Positions 18,707-27,225 of a stretch of 64,000 bases of DNA are shown piece by piece (within the stretch, counting starts at the first letter, position 1; each line of letters opens with the position of its first letter). The position numbers were made by a program, and so were the translations under genes. Source of the stretch: Bacteroidaceae bacterium (GTDB lineage Bacteria > Bacillota > Clostridia > Oscillospirales > Acutalibacteraceae); contig CAVGCY010000055.1 in the NCBI GenBank assembly GCA_963627915.1, positions 2,609-66,608 on the forward strand, read 5' to 3'. The notes beneath the pieces were generated by a model, which made no database searches, was not told the origin of the DNA, and saw nothing but the letters and a program-made list of their open reading frames with translations.

Positions 18707-20819
18707 CGGAGTTTTCGTCCTTTTTCTTCTTTGAAACCCGGCTCTCATAACCGCAGCCCTCGTTATGGCATTTGACGACGCCGCCTCTTGCCTTGAAAAG
18801 AGATTTTCCGCACTTGGGACAAATTTCGGAGGTAGGTATATCCCATGTCATGAAGTTGCATTCCGGATAATTCGAACATCCGTAAAACGTGTGACCTTTT
18901 TTTGACTTTTTGCCGATTATATCGCCGCCGCAGACAGGACATTTCGCGTCTGTTTTTTCAACATACGGCTTTGTATTTTTACAATCCGGATAGCCGGGAC
19001 ACGCAAGGAACTTACCGTATCTGCCGACTTTTATAACCATATTTCGTCCGCACTTTTCGCAAACTACGTCGGTCTGATCCTCTTCGAGCTTGATTTTAAC
19101 GCCCTGCATAGCCTCCTTAGCCTTTGCAAGAGACGCTTCAAAATCGTCGTAAAACTCGTGAAGCATTTTAATATAATCGCAATGCCCCGCCTCTACTTCG
19201 TCAAGCTCGGATTCCATGCCGGCAGTAAATTTTGTATTTATTATTTTCGGAAACTGCTCCTTTAAAAGCTTTGTCGTAGCAGTGCCCAGCTCCGTCGGCT
19301 TCAGCTGTTTATGATCCCTTACAACGTAATCCTTCGACGTTATTGTCGATATAATCGTTGCATATGTCGACGGTCTGCCGACGCCCGTTTCCTCAAGCAT
19401 TTTTATAAGCGAAGCCTCCGTATATCTTGCGGGAGGCTGTGTAAAATGCTGTTCGGGCAAGAGTTCTTTAAATTTTAGAACGTCGTCTTTTTTCATTTCG
19501 GGAAGAATGCTCTCATTTTCCTCGTTCTCGTCGTCCGCGCTCTTGTATAAAACGGTATATCCGTCAAATTTAACGGAAAATCCGCTTGCGGAAAACGTGC
19601 AGAATCCTTCCGAACCGTCTTTCTCAGCCTTAATTTCAACCTTTACCGTGTCCTGAACGCAGTTTGACATCAAAGAAGCGATAAAGCGTTTCCATATTAA
19701 ATTGTAAAGCTTATACTGATCCGAGGTAAGCGACGCCTTTGCCTCCTGCGGAGTAAGTCCGGGAACGGTCGGTCTTATAGCCTCATGTCCGTCCTGAACT
19801 CTGCCCTTTGATTTAAAATATCTCGGCTTATCGGGAATATATTTTTCACCGTACGCCGTTTTGATATATTCGTTTCCTGCCGTTCTCGACTCCTCGGAAA
19901 TTCTTAACGAGTCTGTTCTCATGTAGGTAATGAGACCGATTGAACCGTAACCGGGAATATCGATACCTTCATAAAGCTCCTGCGCAACCTTCATCGTACG
20001 CTTGGATGTGAACCCTAAACGGTGCGAAGCGTCCTGCTGCATGGTAGATGTTATAAACGGAGGCATGGGAGATTTTTTTCTTGTACCTTTTTTAACGTTT
20101 GAAACTGTATATACCGCGCCGTCAAGTCTTTCAAGATACGCGTCCGACTGCTCTTTATTTGTAATTTTAACCTTGCCGTTTTCATCCGAGGTTAAATTTG
20201 CCTTTACGATACGTCTTGACGACGGAGCGGAAAGCTTAGCGGTTATCGACCAGTATTCCTCGGGGACAAACGCGTTAATTTCCTCCTCACGGTCAACGAT
20301 AAGCCTTACGGCAACGCTCTGTACGCGACCGGCTGAAAGTCCGCGTCTTATTTTCTGTGAAATAAACGGGCTTAAACGGTAACCGACAAGCCTGTCAAGA
20401 ATCCGTCTCGCCTGCTGTGCGTTGACAAGATCCATATCTATTTTCGACGGGTGCTTCATGCCGTTTTCGACGCTTGTTTTATTAATTTCGTTAAACTTTA
20501 CGCGCTTGACTTTATCCAAATCAAGGTCGAGAAGAGCCGCAAGATGCCATGAAATAGCCTCTCCTTCGCGGTCGGGGTCGGTTGCAAGATAGACATCGTC
20601 GCTCTTGTCGGCAAGTTCATGAAGCTCCTTGACAAGCTTTTCCTTTCCTTTTATTACGACATATTTCGGTGCAAAATCGTTTTTAACATCGACGCTCAGT
20701 TTAGCGGCGTAGAGATCCCTTACATGACCCATAGAGGCTTTTACCTCATAACCGGGTCCGAGATATTTTTTTATTGTGCCCGCCTTGGCAGGCGACTCCA
20801 CAATTACGAGATTAGACAT
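18699..20819 (-). CDS. topA: DNA topoisomerase I
   Basis: Toprim N-terminus (LVIVESPAKAGTIKKYLG) and the active-site region ITYMRTDS. The C-terminus has several CxxC...CxxC zinc ribbons. Confidence 0.97.
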   Translation of the reverse strand: MSNLVIVESPAKAGTIKKYLGPGYEVKASMGHVRDLYAAKLSVDVKNDFAPKYVVIKGKEKLVKELHELADKSDDVYLATDPDREGEAISWHLAALLDLDLDKVKRVKFNEINKTSVENGMKHPSKIDMDLVNAQQARRILDRLVGYRLSPFISQKIRRGLSAGRVQSVAVRLIVDREEEINAFVPEEYWSITAKLSAPSSRRIVKANLTSDENGKVKITNKEQSDAYLERLDGAVYTVSNVKKGTRKKSPMPPFITSTMQQDASHRLGFTSKRTMKVAQELYEGIDIPGYGSIGLITYMRTDSLRISEESRTAGNEYIKTAYGEKYIPDKPRYFKSKGRVQDGHEAIRPTVPGLTPQEAKASLTSDQYKLYNLIWKRFIASLMSNCVQDTVKVEIKAEKDGSEGFCTFSASGFSVKFDGYTVLYKSADDENEENESILPEMKKDDVLKFKELLPEQHFTQPPARYTEASLIKMLEETGVGRPSTYATIISTITSKDYVVRDHKQLKPTELGTATTKLLKEQFPKIINTKFTAGMESELDEVEAGHCDYIKMLHEFYDDFEASLAKAKEAMQGVKIKLEEDQTDVVCEKCGRNMVIKVGRYGKFLACPGYPDCKNTKPYVEKTDAKCPVCGGDIIGKKSKKGHTFYGCSNYPECNFMTWDIPTSEICPKCGKSLFKARGGVVKCHNEGCGYESRVSKKKKDENSDE

Positions 20820-20844
20820 AGTCTGACCATCCTGTTATCATAAT

Positions 20845-22101
20845 TTATTTAGAGTATCTTCCTCCGGCGTGAGCAAAGCACACTCCGTACAATTCAAGCT
20901 CGGTAAGCGCAGTCAGGACGTCCCTCACCTGCATACCGCTGCGTTCGGAAATAAAATCCGCATATACGGGTTCGGATTTAAGATACGAATAGACTTTTTT
21001 CGCTTCCGCCGTTACGCCGTCGGGCAGTACCGCGTCGGAAGAATCTGTTTTATTTTCGCCGGTTTTCTCTTTTTCGGCGCACAAATCGTAAATTGTAAAA
21101 CCGTCGTTCCGGTCCTTATATTTTGATAATTTTTTTGATTTTAACTTATTGTCGGTTCTGTCCGAATAATTTAAAGGAGGAACAGAAGTAATTTTTTCGT
21201 CAAACGACGATTTTTTTTCAAGCTCCGGATACATATACGAAAACTCGCTTATTATATCGAACGCCGAAAATACAGCCTTCGCGCCCTTTCTGATAAGCTT
21301 GTTTGTTCCGAAAAAGTTTGAATTTGTAACGTCTCCGGGAACGGCAAATACAGGTCTGCCCTGATCGGCCGAATACCGTGCGGTAATCAAAGAACCGCTC
21401 TTTTCTTTCGCCTCTACAACAACCGTGCCGAGCGACATACCGGAAATAAGTCTGTTGCGTATCGGAAACGTCGTTCTTGAAGCGGGAGTAAACGGAAGAA
21501 ATTCGCTTACAACCGCCCCGTTTTCGGAAATTCTTTTTCTCATGTTTTCGTTTGACTTAAGATAATCATATCCAAGACCGCAGCCGAGAAAAGCAATCGT
21601 ACTGCCTCCTGCGTTCAACGCGCCCTCATGACACGCGCGGTCTACTCCGACAGCCCCGCCGCTCACAACGGTAAATCCCGCCTTTGCAAGATCTCCCGAC
21701 AGCGCGCCGGCAACGCCGAGACCGTAGTCCGAGCAATTTCTCGTTCCGACCATTCCGATACTGAGTTCAGAGTCCAAAACGGACGCGTCGCCCCATACGT
21801 AAAGAACAAGCGGATACGCGTTGATGCGAAGAAGACGCTTCGGATACAACGGAGAATCGCACGGTATTATATGCCAGCCGTTCGTTTCGCATTTTTTAAT
21901 CGCGTCAAACGACTGAGAGGGACTGAAAGCCGAAAGCTTTTCAATGTTTCCGGCAGTAAGAGCGCCGGAGGCAATCCATTCTCTGTCTCCCGCTTCATAA
22001 ACCCCGCGGGCATCGCCGAAATAAGCAATCAATTCATCGGCGAAAAAACCTGCGCCGAGAGTGCGCTGAAGCCATATCCAGTATTCTACGGGACAACTCA
22101 T
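20845..22101 (-). CDS. dprA: DNA processing protein DprA (Smf)
   Basis: DprA Rossmann-fold motifs are present (GMVGTRNCSDYG, SGGAVGVDRACHEGAL, GSLITARYSADQGRPVFAVPG). ATG 22101 has a GGGAGA RBS and forms an ATGA overlap with the upstream gene. Confidence 0.92.
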   Translation of the reverse strand: MSCPVEYWIWLQRTLGAGFFADELIAYFGDARGVYEAGDREWIASGALTAGNIEKLSAFSPSQSFDAIKKCETNGWHIIPCDSPLYPKRLLRINAYPLVLYVWGDASVLDSELSIGMVGTRNCSDYGLGVAGALSGDLAKAGFTVVSGGAVGVDRACHEGALNAGGSTIAFLGCGLGYDYLKSNENMRKRISENGAVVSEFLPFTPASRTTFPIRNRLISGMSLGTVVVEAKEKSGSLITARYSADQGRPVFAVPGDVTNSNFFGTNKLIRKGAKAVFSAFDIISEFSYMYPELEKKSSFDEKITSVPPLNYSDRTDNKLKSKKLSKYKDRNDGFTIYDLCAEKEKTGENKTDSSDAVLPDGVTAEAKKVYSYLKSEPVYADFISERSGMQVRDVLTALTELELYGVCFAHAGGRYSK

Positions 22102-22883
22102 CTTACCATCTCCCACATTATAACGGCGGCGGCAGAAGCTGCGTTAAGCGATTCCGCCCTGCCTCTCATCGGTATGGTAACCCTATGAGAGCATGCGTTT
22201 ATCGCGTCCAACGACAAACCGTTTCCCTCGTTTCCCACAACGCATACGATACCGGCGGATTTATCAATTTCGGTAATCGGCGTTGCCGACGGGTCGGGAA
22301 CAGCCGCGTATGTTTTCATAAAATGTTCGGTGCATTCGGTTAATAAATCGGGCAGCGAAGCCGTTTCGATAACATTGAATCTCAGCAATGAACCCATCGC
22401 GGCACGCTGAGCTTTAGGATTATATATGTCGCAGCCTCCGCTTACAATCAGTCCGTCCAGTCCGAGTGCCTCCGCGGTTCTTGCGGCAGCGCCGAGATTC
22501 GACGGATTCTGCAGATTCTCAACGGCAATATATATACCATTATAATTTATTTTATCTATATTATGCCTTTTGTCAAGTGTTTTGCATATACAAAATACGC
22601 CCTGTGAATTTTTAGTATCCGACATACGTGACGAAACCTCGTCGTTTATTATAAAAAACCGGTCTGTTTTTTTTATCAAAACATCAAGAAGCGAGGAATA
22701 TTTTTTCATCGCATTTTCCGTAACAAAGGCGTCCGTTATGTCTATACCGCTCAGTGAAGCGTCACAGCAAAGCCTTTGCCCCTCAAGAGTAAAAAGGCTT
22801 TCGCTTTTTCTAAACGCCGAATCGGAGGTAAGCTTTATATAATATTTGATTTTAGGGTTGTTTCTGCTTGTTATAGTATCCAT
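22098..22883 (-). CDS. TrmH/SpoU-family RNA 2'-O-methyltransferase (RlmB/YsgA-like)
   Basis: SpoU methylase motifs are present (NLGAAARTAEALG, VVGNEGNGLS, IPMRGRAESLNAASAAAV). The start is moved to ATG 22883 because the longer ORF enters the rplT terminator hairpin. Confidence 0.85.
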   Translation of the reverse strand: MDTITSRNNPKIKYYIKLTSDSAFRKSESLFTLEGQRLCCDASLSGIDITDAFVTENAMKKYSSLLDVLIKKTDRFFIINDEVSSRMSDTKNSQGVFCICKTLDKRHNIDKINYNGIYIAVENLQNPSNLGAAARTAEALGLDGLIVSGGCDIYNPKAQRAAMGSLLRFNVIETASLPDLLTECTEHFMKTYAAVPDPSATPITEIDKSAGIVCVVGNEGNGLSLDAINACSHRVTIPMRGRAESLNAASAAAVIMWEMVR

Positions 22884-22889
22884 AATATT

Positions 22890-22924
22890 AGAAAACAAGG
22901 ACTGTCAGCGTTTTGCGACAGTCC
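22890..22924 (-). terminator. Intrinsic terminator after rplT
   Basis: An 8-bp stem (ggactgtc / gacagtcc) followed on the minus strand by UUGUUUUC. Confidence 0.6.
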
Positions 22925-22940
22925 CGAATGTTGGAAATAA

Positions 22941-23297
22941 TTACTTGAGAGCGGCTTTTGCGGTTTCGGTAAGAGCGGTAAACGCCGCGGGATCGGCAAT
23001 CGCGATCTCGGAAAGCATCTTTCTGTTAAGGGTAACGCCCGCCTTTTTAAGACCGTTCATAAAAGTTGAATAGTTCATGCCGTTGAGTTTGCATGCAGCG
23101 GAAATTCTCGAAATCCAAAGACGTCTGAAATCTCTCTTCTTCTGCTTTCTGCCGACATAAGCATAGTTGCCGGACTTCATAACCGCCTGCTTAGCAGTCT
23201 TGAAAAGTCTGCTCTTTGAACCGTAGTAGCCCTTAGCGAGCTTTAAAACTTTATTTCTTCTCTTACGAGTCATTATAGCGCCTTTAATACGTGCCAT
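22941..23297 (-). CDS. rplT: 50S ribosomal protein L20
   Basis: A 118-aa protein whose sequence begins [29 protein letters not shown], which is typical of L20. Confidence 0.98.
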   Translation of the reverse strand: MARIKGAIMTRKRRNKVLKLAKGYYGSKSRLFKTAKQAVMKSGNYAYVGRKQKKRDFRRLWISRISAACKLNGMNYSTFMNGLKKAGVTLNRKMLSEIAIADPAAFTALTETAKAALK

Positions 23298-23336
23298 TGT
23301 AAGTAACCTCCTGAATTAAGTCAAAATAATAGATAA

Positions 23337-23534
23337 TTATTTGTAGGGAATAAGCTTTTTGATCTGCTTAACGTTGGTCTTGTCGGCAACGGCAGTCTTA
23401 CGGAGATTTCTCTTTCTCTTGGTGCTCTTCTTATTAAGAATGTGTGACTTGTAAGCGTGAGCGCGGATGGGCTTACCGTTCTTTGAAAGCTTAAAACGCT
23501 TCTTAGCGCCGCTGTTTGTTTTAATTTTAGGCAT
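23337..23534 (-). CDS. rpmI: 50S ribosomal protein L35
   Basis: A 65-aa protein beginning [15 protein letters not shown], which is typical of L35. Confidence 0.98.
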   Translation of the reverse strand: MPKIKTNSGAKKRFKLSKNGKPIRAHAYKSHILNKKSTKRKRNLRKTAVADKTNVKQIKKLIPYK

Positions 23535-23585
23535 AATATTTTCCTCCTGTTATTTAATTCCGTATAATCATAAAATGACAAAGAC

Positions 23586-24104
23586 TTACTTTGAAGGCTT
23601 TGCCGCAAGGAACATGAGCATCATTCTGCCCTCTAATTTTGCGGGCTTCTCAATAACTCCGAGTTCCATGCATTTATCGGCAAATTCCTGCATTATTTCA
23701 AGACCCCTCTCCGGATGAGCCATTTCACGGCCTCTGAAGCGGATGGAAACCTTGACTTTGTTACCCTGCTTGAGGAATCTGTTGGCATGGTTGACTTTTG
23801 TTTCAAGGTCATGCGTATCAATGTTGAGCGAAAGCTGAACCTCTTTAATGTCAATCCGGCTTTGATTTTTCTTGGCTTCCTTTTCACGTTTCTGCTGTTC
23901 AAACTTATACTTGCCGTAATCCATTATCTTGCAGACGGGCGGTTTAGCCTGCGGAGCAATCATTACCAGATCAAGATTCTTCTGTCCTGCGATTTTGAGC
24001 GCGTCGGACGAGGACATTATACCTAACTGTTCTCCGTCGTCGGTAACGACTCTTATCTCTCTTTCCCTGATCTCTTCGTTTATCAGCATTTCCTTAGTAG
24101 CGAT
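23586..24104 (-). CDS. infC: Translation initiation factor IF-3, probably starting at a non-AUG (AUC) codon
   Basis: The IF-3 sequence (INEEIREREIRVVTDDGEQLGIMSS...) is present. GGAGGTG lies 9 nt upstream of ATC at 24104, whereas the in-frame ATG at 24089 has no usable spacing to an SD. The upstream ATG at 24155 would overlap the leader terminator. Confidence 0.85.
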   Translation of the reverse strand: MATKEMLINEEIREREIRVVTDDGEQLGIMSSSDALKIAGQKNLDLVMIAPQAKPPVCKIMDYGKYKFEQQKREKEAKKNQSRIDIKEVQLSLNIDTHDLETKVNHANRFLKQGNKVKVSIRFRGREMAHPERGLEIMQEFADKCMELGVIEKPAKLEGRMMLMFLAAKPSK

Positions 24105-24250
24105 GGTCAAACACCTCCGAAATAAATAGAAACAAAAAAGCGCGGACAGACGCACTGCCGCACTCGTAAATACAAAAGAAAGACCTTGAGTATTGACCTG
24201 CGCATAAAAATCCGCGAGGTGAGATTAGCCTATGCCGTCTGCTTTGTTTT
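24105..24250 (-). promoter_or_regulatory. infC-rpmI-rplT leader with an attenuator terminator (L20-leader type)
   Basis: A leader of about 145 nt between the promoter and infC. It contains the hairpin GCGGCAG/CUGUCCGC followed by U6 (24134-24163), roughly 30 nt upstream of the infC RBS. Confidence 0.55.
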
Positions 24251-24258
24251 CATCGCAT

Positions 24259-24287
24259 ATTTTAACAGCATGACATGCGTTTGTCAA
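24259..24287 (-). promoter_or_regulatory. Sigma-A type promoter of the infC operon
   Basis: TTGACA, a 17-nt spacer, then TAAAAT on the minus strand. Confidence 0.7.
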
Positions 24288-24309
24288 TAGTTTTTTTAAA
24301 TTTATTTTT

Positions 24310-24921
24310 TTATTTTTCGGAAACAGACAAAAGAATGAAGTTCTTAACCTCACCGGCGATTCTTTCCTCTGAATAAAGCTTTGAAAAAACTGAATCAAGC
24401 TCCTGAGTTCTGCCCTTGTCATACGACGCGGCGTCATCGTTTTTATCGAACATAGGATACATTTTTTTCATGACGGACAAAAGTCCGCATTCCCCGATAT
24501 CGGAAAAAAGTTCAAACATGAGCGAAATAAGAGGTTCACCGTTGTTTCTGCACCAGTCGGAAAGCTTTCCGCTCCTTAAATCCCCAAAGAAATTACTGCA
24601 TGCATACAATTTTTTTTCGATGAGCGAAGCGGATTCAAATTCACCGTTAAAATCTCCGCTTTTTTCAAGTTTTCTCTGCAAAACGGCGCAAACTCCGTCT
24701 ATAAGCTCACCGGCAGGAGCGTCCGAAACAATTTCGGGCGTAAGGACGGAATAATTATCAGCCAGATATTTAAGCCTTTTTAATTCTTCATCCTGCCGTT
24801 TCAGAGTGTCGTTGTGTTTTTTTACAGCGGCGGACGCTTTTTTCATTGCAAAGCATGCAATTGCAAACAAAACCGCGGCGGCAAGCCATAAATACCAAAA
24901 TTCCTTTAAATTATCGATCAT
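24310..24921 (-). CDS. Hypothetical membrane-anchored protein
   Basis: A 203-aa ORF with one N-terminal TM helix (FWYLWLAAAVLFAIACFAM). It overlaps the rsmI stop by 4 nt. No family was recognised. Confidence 0.6.
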   Translation of the reverse strand: MIDNLKEFWYLWLAAAVLFAIACFAMKKASAAVKKHNDTLKRQDEELKRLKYLADNYSVLTPEIVSDAPAGELIDGVCAVLQRKLEKSGDFNGEFESASLIEKKLYACSNFFGDLRSGKLSDWCRNNGEPLISLMFELFSDIGECGLLSVMKKMYPMFDKNDDAASYDKGRTQELDSVFSKLYSEERIAGEVKNFILLSVSEK

Positions 24922-25745
24922 AACCTACCCTCCGTCAGAGCCTTGTATATATCGCCCTTTTTCATTCCGGATTCCTGTGCCGCAAGCTTTGCCGCGTCGT
25001 TCATCCTCATTCCCGACGAAACGAATTTTTTCGCAAGAGAGATTCCGTCGATCTCCTCATCATTCTCTTCGTCCTTTTTTGCCTCCACAATGATGACGTA
25101 TTCGCCCTTTAATTTCAATCCGTCATATTTACCCGAAACTTCTTTAAGGGTCGTACGTTCAACGCTTTCATGAATTTTCGTAAGCTCTTTTACAATTGCA
25201 ACGCGCCTGTCTCCGAGCGTATTATATAAATCGTTAAGCGTCGCGGCAAGCTTATGAGGAGCTTCGTAAAAAATCATTGTTTTTCGTTCTGTGACAAGCT
25301 CCGCAAGATGCTCCCTGCGTTTCGGTTTATTGACCGACAAAAAGCCCTCGAACGAAAATCTCGATACGTCAAGTCCGCTTATTGCGGCTGCGGTAACTAT
25401 CGCGGACGGTCCCGGGACGCTTGCAACGTTAACCCCGGACTCATGGCACAAATCCACAAGGTCTATACCCGGGTCGGATATCGCGGGCATACCCGCGTCC
25501 GTAACGAGAACGCAGTTTTCCCCCGATATAATACGGTCTAAAATAAGACTTCCCCTCTGCGCCCGGTTATGCTCGTAATAGCTGACCATGGGCTTTTTTA
25601 TACCGAAATGATTTAAAAGCTTAAGCGTTACTCTCGTATCCTCCGCGGCAATAAAATCGCAGTCCCGCACCGCCTGCACGGCTCTGGGCGACATATCGCC
25701 GAGGTTTCCGATCGGAGTACCGACAACGAATAAAGTTCCCGCCAT
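24918..25745 (-). CDS. rsmI: 16S rRNA (cytidine1402-2'-O)-methyltransferase RsmI
   Basis: Tetrapyrrole-methylase-fold N-terminus GTLFVVGTPIGNLGDMSPRA and later AEDTR. Confidence 0.93.
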   Translation of the reverse strand: MAGTLFVVGTPIGNLGDMSPRAVQAVRDCDFIAAEDTRVTLKLLNHFGIKKPMVSYYEHNRAQRGSLILDRIISGENCVLVTDAGMPAISDPGIDLVDLCHESGVNVASVPGPSAIVTAAAISGLDVSRFSFEGFLSVNKPKRREHLAELVTERKTMIFYEAPHKLAATLNDLYNTLGDRRVAIVKELTKIHESVERTTLKEVSGKYDGLKLKGEYVIIVEAKKDEENDEEIDGISLAKKFVSSGMRMNDAAKLAAQESGMKKGDIYKALTEGRL

Positions 25746-25748
25746 TTT

Positions 25749-26063
25749 TTACCCCTTATCCTTAATGCCTATACGGCTAATGTACTCGATATTTATTAAT
25801 TCGCATTTTCCGTTTTTCTTCTCAATTTGAACCCAGCCGTCTTTTACGGATATAATCTTTGCGCTTGTACCAAGCTCACCGTAAATATAAATATCGCACA
25901 TTTTTCCTATGCATGAATTGAGCATCTCATTCATAACTTTTTTCCTTTCGGTATTCTTTCTTCTTGAAATAATCTTTCTGATAATATTACGCCTGAACAG
26001 GTTTATAATTATCGGAATCATTACAAAAATCCATATGTATAATACAATGTCAATCGAATCCAT
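25749..26063 (-). CDS. Hypothetical small membrane protein
   Basis: A 104-aa ORF with an N-terminal TM helix, then a basic stretch and a small C-terminal domain. It is tightly packed between two methyltransferase genes. Confidence 0.55.
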   Translation of the reverse strand: MDSIDIVLYIWIFVMIPIIINLFRRNIIRKIISRRKNTERKKVMNEMLNSCIGKMCDIYIYGELGTSAKIISVKDGWVQIEKKNGKCELINIEYISRIGIKDKG

Positions 26064-26796
26064 TGCCGCTGTTCTCCCTGTAGGAACCTGTAATTCTCTT
26101 CATATCCTCGGAATCCGAGCCGTTTTCTTCAATATACAATTCTTTTTCGACCGTAAGCCCCGGATTCCTGCCCCGCTTGCCCTCCAAGAGAACAAGCCAC
26201 GGAGCTTTGCCGACAGACTGAGAAACAAGCCTCATGCGTTTTGGTTCAATTCCTGCGTTCTTCATGGACGTCATCAATTCGCACAATCTCTCCGGGCGAA
26301 GACACATGCAAAGCCTGCCTCCGAATTTCAAAAGCCTTGAAGCCGTCAGACATATTTCATCAAGAGAACAGATTGTTTCGTGCCTTGCAATCCTTGCCGA
26401 ATCCGCGCTGCTCTTTATCCCCGCTCCGTCCGGCGTATACGGCGGATTCATGGATATAACGTCGAAACGCCCCGCGTAGTCTGCGTTTTTCAGTTCCCGC
26501 AAATCAACGTTTAACGCAACGATTTTTTCCTCTGCGCCGTTTAATTCAACGCTTCTTTTTAAAATTTCAAATCCGTTTCTCTGAATTTCGACGGCGTATA
26601 TTTTCCGCCCCATACTCTCTGTGAGCCAGTAAAACGGGATAATTCCGCATCCTGTACCGAAATCGCACGCGGTATCCTTACGCCTCGGAGATGCAAAATC
26701 CGCAAGCAGAAGCGCGTCCGTCCCGAACGTATGCGATTTTGAAACTATAAGCTTTACTCCGCCGCCGAGATATTCAATATGTTCGCTCTCATTCAT
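26050..26796 (-). CDS. SAM-dependent methyltransferase of the tRNA (adenine-N6) TrmN6/YfiC-like family
   Basis: SAM-binding motif (DFGTGCGI) and the NPPY motif (MNPPYTP). Synteny with rsmI matches B. subtilis yabB-yabC. Confidence 0.8.
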   Translation of the reverse strand: MNESEHIEYLGGGVKLIVSKSHTFGTDALLLADFASPRRKDTACDFGTGCGIIPFYWLTESMGRKIYAVEIQRNGFEILKRSVELNGAEEKIVALNVDLRELKNADYAGRFDVISMNPPYTPDGAGIKSSADSARIARHETICSLDEICLTASRLLKFGGRLCMCLRPERLCELMTSMKNAGIEPKRMRLVSQSVGKAPWLVLLEGKRGRNPGLTVEKELYIEENGSDSEDMKRITGSYRENSGNGFD

Positions 26797-26826
26797 AATT
26801 TCACCGTAATAATAATTCTGTCGATT

Positions 26827-26855
26827 ATTTTATCACACATATCAATATTTGTAAA
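26827..26855 (-). promoter_or_regulatory. Sigma-A type promoter of the methyltransferase-rsmI cluster
   Basis: TTTACA, a 17-nt spacer, then TAAAAT with an extended -10 (TGaTAAAAT). It lies about 30 nt upstream of the ATG at 26796. Confidence 0.65.
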
Positions 26856-26898
26856 TAAAAAAAGCGGAAACATTTTCACTCTGCAAGCAAATCGATTA

Positions 26899-26935
26899 TA
26901 TAAAAACCGCGACCGAAAAAAACATCGGTCACGGT
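26899..26935 (-). terminator. Intrinsic terminator
   Basis: A 10-bp stem (accgcgaccg / cggtcacggt, one G-U pair) followed on the minus strand by UUUUUAU. It is probably the original terminator of the GH18 gene, and it abuts the inverted-repeat element. Confidence 0.75.
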
Positions 26936-27218
26936 TATAGCAAAAGAGAGCCGAACTCCATAAGCCCAAAACGCACCGGCTCACGCCTCTGAGAACGGTT
27001 TTTTCCTTGAAATACGACAGTATTCCTGCGGAAAAGAACCGTTCCCATAGACGCAATCCGCTGTATTTTGGGTGCGGGGGCAGTTTATATCAATCATATT
27101 TTCGTTTCGGCAAGGCAAAGGAACGCAGGAAGCCTAACGGCTTTCAAGTTTCTTTAACGCAGTCGAAGCGGAAAGAGGGTGGATATAAACCTTATGGGTT
27201 CGACTCTCTTTTGCTATA
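26936..27218 (-). repeat. 283-bp element bounded by about 29-bp imperfect terminal inverted repeats (MITE-like insertion or stand-alone structured RNA)
   Basis: The left end is TATAGCAAAAGAGAGCCGAACTCCATAAG. The reverse complement of the right end is TATAGCAAAAGAGAGTCGAACCCATAAG, giving 27 matching positions (15+5+7) across a 29-column alignment with one substitution and one single-nt indel. There is an internal 14-bp hairpin at 26993-27044. The outermost TA dinucleotides could be a target-site duplication. Confidence 0.6.
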
Positions 27219-27225
27219 GTATTAT

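Noticed and set aside
26936-27218. I considered whether the inverted-repeat element is a known housekeeping RNA (RNase P RNA, tmRNA, SRP/4.5S RNA or 6S RNA) or tRNA-like, because it contains GGGTTCGACTC and has paired ends.
   Set aside because: No GAGGAAAGUCC / ACAGAA..GGCUUA P4 elements are present, so it is not RNase P. There is no GGGG...CCACCA acceptor or tag ORF, so it is not tmRNA. It lacks the GGUCCGGAAGGAAGCAGC helix 8 motif of SRP RNA. At 283 nt it is well above typical 6S size and has no central bubble architecture. The GGTTCGA string is simply part of the terminal inverted repeat, and its flanks do not form a proper T-arm.
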